Below, piece by piece: positions 46,539-54,253 of a stretch of 64,000 bases of DNA (positions are counted from its first letter, which is position 1; the number at the start of each line of letters is the position of its first letter). Source of the DNA: Patescibacteria group bacterium (GTDB taxonomy: Bacteria; Patescibacteriota; Patescibacteriia; Patescibacteriales; UBA12465); contig JBAZNJ010000001.1 in NCBI GenBank assembly GCA_041649315.1, positions 5,869-69,868 of the forward strand, given 5' to 3'. Under the pieces are notes generated by a model that worked only from the letters and a program-made list of their open reading frames with translations, was not told where the DNA came from and made no database searches. A program made the position numbers and the translations under genes.

Positions 46539-46644
46539 GAAATTTATGCATTTATGTAATAATTATCTTACAAATTTACGCGTTTATGTAATGATTATAT
46601 TACAAATTTACGCATTTATGTAATGATTATATTACAAATTTACC
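46539..46644. repeat. 32-bp tandem direct repeat, about 3.3 units
   Basis: U1 46539..46570 is degenerate. U2 46571..46602 is caaatttacgcgtttatgtaatgattatatta. U3 46603..46634 differs from U2 by 1 nt. A partial U4 lies at 46635..46644. Each full unit contains TGTAAT-N6-ATTACA. Confidence 0.9.
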
Positions 46645-46671
46645 AAAGAGTAAAATTTTAATTAAAATTAG

Positions 46672-46713
46672 CTAATTTTTTGTGGTAATTACTACCGAAA
46701 CTAATGGGGGCAT
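46672..46713 (-). pseudogene. fossil 5' stub of a GT2 gene (13 codons then stop)
   Basis: ATGCCCCCATTAGTTTCGGTAGTAATTACCACAAAAAATTAG encodes MPPLVSVVITTKN*. It begins 1 nt after the stop of the AAA ATPase gene. Confidence 0.55.
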
Positions 46714-46714
46714 A

Positions 46715-47884
46715 TTAATAAAAATTATCAGCCGTAAGCATTCTAAGCTTAGCTTCCGGATACCTATTTTTAAAAGCCTTATTCATAGCTTTTCGTTTAT
46801 ATTTCACCTCCACTCCGATAAGTTCCTTCCCTTTTTCAAGAACAACATCAATTTCCGATCCTTGTTTTGTGCGCCAATAATAAAATTTTGAATTTTTTTC
46901 TAAATAACTGTCTTGTTTTATGAGTTCGCTGATTATAAAATTTTCAAATAACCCGCCCTTGTCATTCCTTGATTCTAAGGCGGAAAAATCGCCAATTATT
47001 GCGTTCCTGACCCCCGAATCATAAAAAAATATTTTTGGCGCTTTAGTGATTTCATCTCTTTTATTCTTCGAGTAGGGATACAAACGAAACAAAATAAAAC
47101 TCTGTTCAAAAATTTCAATATATTTCTTAATCGTTCTCTGATCGGCTCTTAAACTAACGGCTAATTCCGAATAATTTATCAGATTACCGATTTGCCAAGC
47201 CAATAATCGCAACAAATCTTTAGCCAATTTCTTATCCTCTATTAAACTTAGCTCTAAAATATCTTTAAAAATTAAACTATCAACAAAATTCAAAAGATAT
47301 TTCTCATCATTAGAATTACTAATTAAATGAGGATACTGCCCGTAAATTAAGACGTTATTCAGAATATTTTTCACATCAAAACGATATAAATGATCTTTTG
47401 CATCGGCCTTCCGATCAGAGATTATTTTTTCTAAGATATTAAAATTTAAATCTGACTCAATATCTTTTTGATTAAGATATTCCGAAAAGGTAAGTGGATA
47501 AATATTATAATCAATTTTCCTCCCTGCCAGGCTTTCGCCGGTTTTATTTTTAATATGAAAAGAAGAAGAACCGGTAATAATTAGTTTAATATTTTCCAGT
47601 TGATCATAAATTATTTTTACCGCTCGTCCGGGATCATTAAGTAAGTGAATTTCATCAATAATAATTTCTTTAAAAGTTTTATTAATTAGCGTTTTATAAG
47701 TCTCGATATCATATGATTCTAAAATTTTCTTAATTGGTTCATTATCAACTAAAAAATAATCTGCTTTGGGAAATAATTTTTTAACCAAAGTAGTTTTTCC
47801 AACCTGCCTCGAGCCAAGTAAGATAAGTACTTGCTTGTATTTAGTAAAATGTTGTTTAATTTTAAGATCTAGATGCCTTTTCAT
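46715..47884 (-). CDS. AAA+ ATPase with C-terminal DUF4143 (restriction-endonuclease-like) domain
   Basis: Walker A LGSRQVGKTTLVKKL, Walker B IIIDEIH, and C-terminus GGLFENFIISELIK...YYWRTKQGSEIDVVLEKGKELIGVEVKY. Confidence 0.85.
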   Translation of the reverse strand: MKRHLDLKIKQHFTKYKQVLILLGSRQVGKTTLVKKLFPKADYFLVDNEPIKKILESYDIETYKTLINKTFKEIIIDEIHLLNDPGRAVKIIYDQLENIKLIITGSSSFHIKNKTGESLAGRKIDYNIYPLTFSEYLNQKDIESDLNFNILEKIISDRKADAKDHLYRFDVKNILNNVLIYGQYPHLISNSNDEKYLLNFVDSLIFKDILELSLIEDKKLAKDLLRLLAWQIGNLINYSELAVSLRADQRTIKKYIEIFEQSFILFRLYPYSKNKRDEITKAPKIFFYDSGVRNAIIGDFSALESRNDKGGLFENFIISELIKQDSYLEKNSKFYYWRTKQGSEIDVVLEKGKELIGVEVKYKRKAMNKAFKNRYPEAKLRMLTADNFY

Positions 47885-47965
47885 ATAAACATATTACTTT
47901 TTTGACATTATGTGCTTAAAAAGATATATCTAATTATACATTGGTAATTTTATTTTGTCAAATAA

Positions 47966-49489
47966 TTACTTCCTAAAATCCATCAAATGTCCTAAAACCT
48001 TTACTCCTGCCCGCCAAAGGAATTTTATATCGGCCCAGGAACGGATGCCGGCGATCTTGCGAAAAACAAACTGCGGCGTGATAAAGGACTTATATAATCC
48101 CTGGGTCATCTCTTTTACTTCGGTTGTGGTTAATTCGCATTTCATTACCTGCTCCCGCTGATCAAAGCGGTCATAATCATTGAAATTCAACAAGCGGTTA
48201 TCATAACAATACTTATACAAAGGCGTGCCCGGATATGGAATCAAAACCGTGGCCTGTAAAGTATCAACATAGCCCTTCTTAAATAAATCAGCCGCTAAGT
48301 CCACGGTCTTTTGCGCATCTTCCCGGCTCTCCCAAGGGTAGCCGATCATGGTTGTGATATGCGGCTCAAGTCCGGCCTCTTTGCACATCTTCAAGCCCGG
48401 CTCAATTTCTTCAACCTTAAGGCCCTTGCTAATCGCGTCTAAGGTTTTCTGACTCGCCGATTCTAAACCGAAAAGAATAAAACGAAAACCGGCCTGCTTC
48501 ATTAATTTCCAGGTCTCCAAATCACGAATACCGTTAATCCGCATATTACAGCTCATCACTACTTTTTTATTATAGCCCCGTTCAATCATGCCGCTACAGA
48601 ATTCTGTTAACCAGTCGCCGATCGGTAAAGAGCCGGAATCTTCCATAATCTCCTTTATACCTAAATCTATTAACTGCCCGACTTCGTCTAAAGCTAATCG
48701 CGCCGAACGAGTTCGAAAATCCTTACCCGGGAAAAGGGTTGTCCAGGAGCAAAACGAACAGCGCCCCCACCAGCAATCCCGGCCGCTCATCATATAGGCG
48801 CCGGGCGTAAATTTAAAATTCCCGTTTTTATAGGCATACATCCGCCATTTTGTGAGTTCCCGATCAATAGCCGGCAAAACATTCAAATCATGGAGATGAT
48901 AATCCTGGCGCGCGCCGCTATTTCTAAATTCCGGATTTTTAAATTCCCCGTCCGCCCAGTTTATCGCCTCATTCCGGCCCGCGGAATCCCATTCGCCGCC
49001 AACACGCCAATACCAACCCGGCTCCAGTTCGGCCTGGCCGGCCAAATGCTCCGCTAAATTAGCCACGCCAAAATCATAATCGCCGCCGGCTAGGACATAA
49101 TCAACTTTAGAATATTTCAAACTTTCTTCGGGCTGAGCCGTAATATGGTCGCCGACCAAAGCGATTTTCAGCGGCCAATCCACCTTTTCTTTTAATTCAT
49201 TAATAATCCGCCAATGCCGCTTTACAACCGGCGTTTTCGTTTCAATCATTATTAAATCCGGACGGGCCGCCAAAAGCCGGGCCCGCCATTCTTCATAGCT
49301 TAGTCCCTCGGCAATGCCGTCGTCCCAGACAACTTCCTGCCCCCTCGTTTTTAAAAGCGTCGCCGTATAAGCCGGAATAACCGGGTAAATATAGGTCGGG
49401 CTGTTGAACCATTGGAACTGGCGGTTCTGACCTAAAAGCGGCACGCCTTTTTCCGAAGCCAAAGGCGGATATGAGATGAATATTTTCAT
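47966..49489 (-). CDS. B12-binding-domain radical SAM enzyme (class B-like)
   Basis: N-terminal Rossmann-like B12-domain pattern (PDLIMIETKTPVV...IALVGDHIT) followed by the cluster motif SGRDCWWGRCSFCSW (C-x4-C-x2-C). It is visibly more GC-rich than both neighbours. Confidence 0.8.
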   Translation of the reverse strand: MKIFISYPPLASEKGVPLLGQNRQFQWFNSPTYIYPVIPAYTATLLKTRGQEVVWDDGIAEGLSYEEWRARLLAARPDLIMIETKTPVVKRHWRIINELKEKVDWPLKIALVGDHITAQPEESLKYSKVDYVLAGGDYDFGVANLAEHLAGQAELEPGWYWRVGGEWDSAGRNEAINWADGEFKNPEFRNSGARQDYHLHDLNVLPAIDRELTKWRMYAYKNGNFKFTPGAYMMSGRDCWWGRCSFCSWTTLFPGKDFRTRSARLALDEVGQLIDLGIKEIMEDSGSLPIGDWLTEFCSGMIERGYNKKVVMSCNMRINGIRDLETWKLMKQAGFRFILFGLESASQKTLDAISKGLKVEEIEPGLKMCKEAGLEPHITTMIGYPWESREDAQKTVDLAADLFKKGYVDTLQATVLIPYPGTPLYKYCYDNRLLNFNDYDRFDQREQVMKCELTTTEVKEMTQGLYKSFITPQFVFRKIAGIRSWADIKFLWRAGVKVLGHLMDFRK

Positions 49490-49491
49490 AA

Positions 49492-50325
49492 TTAATCTAA
49501 ATATTTTTTTATTATTTCTTGATAATTATTACAAAAACCCTTGATAAATTCCTGTTCATCAAAAAAATTAGCTAAATCATAATGGAGCTTGGCCGGCGTT
49601 ACGGCCTTAATGATTTTTTCTTTCAAACGGGCTTTAAGCTCCGCCATATCTTTAATTTTGAATTTTGAAGCTAAGGTTTTAAAATCCGGCTCAATTCCTT
49701 TTTCCAAATACCAGAATAAATCATAATAATCTCGTCCCTTAATATCTATTTCGTTATCACTTCCTTTAAACCAGGCCCGCTCTAAAATCGCGCAAATTTT
49801 TCCGGTCATTAGAAATTTTAAATTATAGGTTTTAACGATGAAGTTAAAACCAAAACCGGAAACCGGGGCAACTTCGTATTCCGGCCGCTGAAAATCTTCT
49901 ATTGATAATTCAATCTTCACATATAAAAAATCACTCTCGCTTTTATCGCCCGCTAAACCAAGCTCCTGTAAAATTGGAAATTTCAAATATAGACGATTTT
50001 TTCCCTGGGCCCGATAAATGATTTCCATCCGGAACTGGTCTTGAAAATATTCTTTTATTGCCTCGCCTAAAACTTGTAAATCTAATTCATCATAAACCGC
50101 GACCGGTAAATTAAAATCCAAATCTTCCGATAAACGCGGCAAATCATAAATAATCCTTAATGCCGAGCCGCCCATAAAGACCCACTTTTGATAAGCCGGT
50201 CGGCCATACAAAAAAGCCAGAACCGGAAATTGTAAATATTCCTTAACCGCGTTTTTAATTACAAAATCCGGCCAAGCGGCTTGTTTTTTCTGGCTGACAA
50301 AATCTTTTAATAAATCAAGCAACAT
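49492..50325 (-). CDS. AbiEii/AbiGii-family nucleotidyltransferase toxin (type IV TA / abortive infection)
   Basis: FMGGSALRIIYDLPRLSEDLDFN is the family signature. The ORF-track start at 50334 is a TTG. The ATG at 50325 gives MLLDLLKDF. Either start overlaps the upstream antitoxin gene. Confidence 0.85.
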   Translation of the reverse strand: MLLDLLKDFVSQKKQAAWPDFVIKNAVKEYLQFPVLAFLYGRPAYQKWVFMGGSALRIIYDLPRLSEDLDFNLPVAVYDELDLQVLGEAIKEYFQDQFRMEIIYRAQGKNRLYLKFPILQELGLAGDKSESDFLYVKIELSIEDFQRPEYEVAPVSGFGFNFIVKTYNLKFLMTGKICAILERAWFKGSDNEIDIKGRDYYDLFWYLEKGIEPDFKTLASKFKIKDMAELKARLKEKIIKAVTPAKLHYDLANFFDEQEFIKGFCNNYQEIIKKYLD

Positions 50326-50950
50326 GTTTTTCAATTATTTTTTTTAATTTTTGCCAACGGCGACCGGGCGTTAATTTGAAATAAAAAAACAGCTCCGTTC
50401 GCTCTTTTTTATTTAAATTTTCCCAATTCAAACGTAAATCAACGATATTTTTTTCATTCGGCTCGCCTCCCCGCCGAAAACGAAGATACAAAAAATCAAA
50501 TAAGGCCTTGGCTTTTGAGGCCTCAAAAATCGGCTGGCCTTTAAAATATTTAATCTTATATCCGAGAAAAAGTTTTGTTGGCAAGGAATAATAACGCCAA
50601 ACCCCTAAAGAATTACTGAATTCCCGAGCCGTTTTATTAGTAATTGAAGTTAAAGCCCGGGCCGATTCGCTTAAAAGAGAAAATTTATCCAAGACATATT
50701 CTAAAGATAAGTAAGATGGCGCCAATAATTTATTGGCTAAATATTCAAGATATTCATTTTTTAAATTTTCCGCTTCATATTTATCTTTAAAAATATAAAG
50801 TCCTTTTTTTAAAGCGATAAGCTCACCGCTTTTCAACCAATATTTTAAATTAGCGTTAAGATTATTATCATCTTTTTCTAATAATTTTAGCGAATTTTTA
50901 TCAAAAACCAACAATTTAGCCGTTTTCTTTTTTAAATCTTCAAGCTTCAT
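50315..50950 (-). CDS. AbiEi-family antitoxin/transcriptional regulator
   Basis: N-terminal wHTH pattern LKYWLKSGELIALKKGLYIF, then PSYLSLEYVLDKFSLLSE, typical of AbiEi. It overlaps the toxin gene by 11-20 nt. Confidence 0.75.
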   Translation of the reverse strand: MKLEDLKKKTAKLLVFDKNSLKLLEKDDNNLNANLKYWLKSGELIALKKGLYIFKDKYEAENLKNEYLEYLANKLLAPSYLSLEYVLDKFSLLSESARALTSITNKTAREFSNSLGVWRYYSLPTKLFLGYKIKYFKGQPIFEASKAKALFDFLYLRFRRGGEPNEKNIVDLRLNWENLNKKERTELFFYFKLTPGRRWQKLKKIIEKHVA

Positions 50951-50998
50951 ATTTACTTAAAATATTCATTAAATACTTTTTTATAAATTAGTATAAAA

Positions 50999-51007
50999 AT
51001 TATACCA
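50999..51007 (-). promoter_or_regulatory. extended -10 element upstream of abiEi
   Basis: Minus strand TGGTATAAT (TGnTATAAT), about 50 nt upstream of the abiEi ATG. Confidence 0.35.
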
Positions 51008-51058
51008 TTTCCTAAAAAAATATACAAACTCACCGAACAAAAGCGTATAATTTTTAAC

Positions 51059-52084
51059 CTATCTCAACTTGCTCTTTAAATTTTTTATTATTAATCCTTT
51101 GAAAAAATTATAACCGTAAACTAGATGGGTTAAAAAAATATAATAAACCGCGTTCAGGGCGATTAAAATATTTTTTTCATAACGACGGATGTCAAGTAAT
51201 GATTTTACTAAAGCTAATAAATAAAGCGCGCCGCCGCCTAATATCAGGCCTCGTAAAATTAAGAAGATCTGATTTTCAAAAAAACTTTGATTACCGCTCA
51301 AAGCGGCGAATGAGGCGGCAATGCTAAAAACAATGGCAAAAATTACAAACAATAAAAACAAACTCGGGATGAAATATTTTAACCGACAAGATGTTTCCGG
51401 ATACTTTTTCGCAAAAAAACCGCGGTGGACGCCGTAGCCGGCAATCTGTTTTAAATGTTTTTTCAGGCCCGGCCGGCGATGATGATAAGCAATTAGTTTC
51501 GGATCATAAATAATTCCGTCCGGGTATTTTTTTATCAAATCTAAACACAACTTAGTGTCCTCGCCCGGCCAGAATTCACTCGCGAAGCCGCCAAGCTCCG
51601 CAAAAACCGCTTTGCGAATAGAAAAATTAACGCTCGGCCAATCATTAACCAGTCGCGACGCACCAATCGGCACATATCTCTCCGGATTCCCGCCGGACAG
51701 CGCGCTTAGAAAAACCGCGCCGGAAACTTTGGCCCAAAAACTATCGTCCGGCGGCGTCAAAGCCGGACCGCCAACCGCTTTTACTTTTTCGTTTTTAAAA
51801 TTCTCATCTAAAATTTCTAAAAAATCATTAGCCGGATAAGCGTCGTCGTCAATGAATACTAAAATTTCTCCAACCGCATCTTTAATCGCCCGCGTCCGCT
51901 TCTCGGCCGGACCGCAATGGCCAGTCGCTATTTGCCGCGTCTTCGGCCAGGTCTCATCATTGATTTCGTCCGGGTAAATTATGATTTCATAATCATCGCG
52001 GCCAATTGCTAAAATTTTAGGTATTGCCTCGCGAATATAATCGTTAATCGCTTTAACCGGAATTATAAAACTGTTTTTGATCAT
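51059..52084 (-). CDS. glycosyltransferase family 2 with C-terminal TM segments
   Basis: SFIIPVKAIND..., FIDDDAYP (DxD), and C-terminal hydrophobic helices. Confidence 0.8.
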   Translation of the reverse strand: MIKNSFIIPVKAINDYIREAIPKILAIGRDDYEIIIYPDEINDETWPKTRQIATGHCGPAEKRTRAIKDAVGEILVFIDDDAYPANDFLEILDENFKNEKVKAVGGPALTPPDDSFWAKVSGAVFLSALSGGNPERYVPIGASRLVNDWPSVNFSIRKAVFAELGGFASEFWPGEDTKLCLDLIKKYPDGIIYDPKLIAYHHRRPGLKKHLKQIAGYGVHRGFFAKKYPETSCRLKYFIPSLFLLFVIFAIVFSIAASFAALSGNQSFFENQIFLILRGLILGGGALYLLALVKSLLDIRRYEKNILIALNAVYYIFLTHLVYGYNFFKGLIIKNLKSKLR

Positions 52085-52112
52085 GTCTTTAAAAATAATA
52101 GGGCAATCGCGG

Positions 52113-52140
52113 AAAACCCTGGCGTTCTAACACGCCCGGG
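52113..52140 (-). terminator. possible terminator after UDP-xylose synthase gene
   Basis: Minus strand CCC(g)GGCG-TGTTAGAA-CGCC(a)GGG followed by TTTTCC. Confidence 0.4.
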
Positions 52141-52157
52141 ATTCAAGCTAAATTTAT

Positions 52158-53093
52158 CTAAATCTTCCCGCGAAAATATTCAATCGTCTTTTTTAGACCC
52201 TCTTCTAAATTTATCTTCGGCTCCCAATTTAATTTTTCTTTGGCTAAAGCAATATCCGGCTTCCGTTGGCGCGGATCATCGGCCGGCAAGGACTTGAAAA
52301 CCAATTTACTTTTACTTTCCGGAATAAGCGCCAAAACTTTTTCCGCTAATTCCTTAATCGTGAACTCACCCGGATTACCAAGATTAACCGGCCCGACAAA
52401 GCCGCTCTCATTATTCATCATCCTAATCATCGCCTCCACTAAATCATCAACATATTGAAAGCTCCGGGTCTGCGAACCGTCGCCATAAATCGTGATATCT
52501 TCATTACGCAAAGCCTGCATTATAAAATTAGATACGACGCGGCCGTCGGCCGGATGCATATTCGGGCCGTAAGTATTAAAAATCCGAACCACGCGGATAT
52601 CGGTTTTATGCTGACGGTGATAATCAAAAAACAGGGTCTCGGCGCAACGCTTGCCTTCATCGTAGCAAGAACGAATCCCGATACAGTTCACGCGGCCCCA
52701 ATAGCTTTCCGGCTGAGGATGAACTTCCGGATCGCCGTAAACTTCGGAAGTTGAAGCTTGAAGAATCCGCGCCCGCGTCCGCTTCGCCAGTCCTAACATA
52801 TTAATCGCGCCGTGAACCGAGGTCTTGGTTGTCTGGACCGGATCAAATTGATAATGGATCGGTGAAGCCGGACAAGCTAAATTATAAATCTGGTCGACTT
52901 CAACATAGAGTGGAAAAGTAACATCATGGCGCAAAAATTCAAAGCGCGGATTGGTTAAAAGCGGCCGGATGTTTTCTTTCGTGCCGGTGAAAAAATTATC
53001 CACGCATAGAACTTCGTTCCCTTCGTCTAGAAGGCGGCGGCAAAGATGCGAGCCGATAAAACCAGCTCCGCCGGTTACTAAAATTTTTTTCAT
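52158..53093 (-). CDS. uxs: UDP-glucuronate decarboxylase (UDP-xylose synthase)
   Basis: [44 protein letters not shown] and YDEGKR (YxxxK) form the classic UXS pattern. Confidence 0.9.
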   Translation of the reverse strand: MKKILVTGGAGFIGSHLCRRLLDEGNEVLCVDNFFTGTKENIRPLLTNPRFEFLRHDVTFPLYVEVDQIYNLACPASPIHYQFDPVQTTKTSVHGAINMLGLAKRTRARILQASTSEVYGDPEVHPQPESYWGRVNCIGIRSCYDEGKRCAETLFFDYHRQHKTDIRVVRIFNTYGPNMHPADGRVVSNFIMQALRNEDITIYGDGSQTRSFQYVDDLVEAMIRMMNNESGFVGPVNLGNPGEFTIKELAEKVLALIPESKSKLVFKSLPADDPRQRKPDIALAKEKLNWEPKINLEEGLKKTIEYFRGKI

Positions 53094-53139
53094 AAATTAT
53101 TTACCAAGGCTAATTTTCTAAAAACTTTCTCTTAATATG

Positions 53140-54147
53140 TTAATCTTTCTTTTTTCTTAAAACATAAAGCGGCCGGGCTAAAACTTCGCCATGAATATGC
53201 GCGATATACAGAGCAACCAAACCGAGCGAACATAAAACTATGCCGACTAAAAAAGTAATTAAAAGTGCCAGTTGCGCCGGGCCGGAAAAAGAAACCGCGT
53301 ATTTCCAAGCCCAAATATATTTCCCGAGCAAGACATAAAGTCCGAATGGCCCGACCGTAAAAATAATTAATAAGCCCAAATAACCGGCCCATTTAAGCGG
53401 AATCAGGCTTAAAGAAACAAAACTGTTCATCGCCAAGCTTATTAGTTTCCGGACATTATAAGCGGCGTGGCCGTTTTCCCGTTCCCGCGCTTCAAAATAA
53501 ACATAATCGCGTTTGAAGCCGAGCCAGGCAATAAGCGCCCGAGTCATTCGCTGGCGCTCAGAAAATTTATTAAATTCATTGATTACTGCCCGATCCAAAA
53601 GCCGAAAATCCGTAGAATAAGGCAAAAGCGGCACTTCGGAAATCCGCTTCATAATCTTATAAAAAATAATCGAACCCCAATGCTTGATAAAGCCGCAATT
53701 CTTATTTTTCTGCCGCACACCGATAACCACTTCCGCCCCCGCCTCCCATTTCGCGATAAATTCCGTAATCTTTTCCACTGGATGCTGGAGGTCGGCATCA
53801 ATCATGATTGCTGCCTGGCCGGAACAATGGTTAAGGCCGGCGGTCAAAGCGATTTCTTTTCCAAAATTGCGGGAGAATTCTAAAACCCGGACGCGCCCAT
53901 CTCCCGCCGCTAATTTTTCCAGTTCCGCCTGCGAAGCATCGCTTGAACCGTCGTTGATAAAAATTATTTCATAAGACCGGCCAAGACCGTCTAAAACTTT
54001 TTTTGCCGCTTCATAAAAAGCCGAGAGATTTTTTTCTTCATTATGAACCGGCACGATGACCGACAGATAAATTTCTGTTTGATTGTCCAAGCGTTGATCG
54101 TTTGAGTGCCGATCGGCTAAACTTTGATTGTCTAAATGGTTATCCAT
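53140..54147 (-). CDS. GT2 polyprenyl-phosphate glycosyltransferase (ArnC/GtrB/DPM1-like) with two C-terminal TMs
   Basis: LSVIVPVHNEEKNL, IFINDGSSD, MIDADLQHP, and C-terminal TM pair. Confidence 0.85.
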   Translation of the reverse strand: MDNHLDNQSLADRHSNDQRLDNQTEIYLSVIVPVHNEEKNLSAFYEAAKKVLDGLGRSYEIIFINDGSSDASQAELEKLAAGDGRVRVLEFSRNFGKEIALTAGLNHCSGQAAIMIDADLQHPVEKITEFIAKWEAGAEVVIGVRQKNKNCGFIKHWGSIIFYKIMKRISEVPLLPYSTDFRLLDRAVINEFNKFSERQRMTRALIAWLGFKRDYVYFEARERENGHAAYNVRKLISLAMNSFVSLSLIPLKWAGYLGLLIIFTVGPFGLYVLLGKYIWAWKYAVSFSGPAQLALLITFLVGIVLCSLGLVALYIAHIHGEVLARPLYVLRKKKD

Positions 54148-54253
54148 ATTTTTAATTCCCGGCCAGGCAATTTACGTTAAGAAAAGTTAGGCCTAGTAAG
54201 GGAATAAGAATTTTAGTTATACTTAAAATAAATATTTACCCCTTTACGTTCAT

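Noticed and set aside
46539-46644. Possible CRISPR array (regular ~32-bp repeats)
   Set aside because: The repeat units are directly contiguous with no unique spacers and there are only about 3.3 copies. No cas genes occur anywhere in the window. It is a plain tandem repeat.
53132-53392. 86-aa minus-strand ORF at the 3' end of the polyprenyl-P GT2 gene
   Set aside because: It is an alternative frame of the same strand within the TM-coding end of 53140..54147. The longer frame carries the GT2 motifs.
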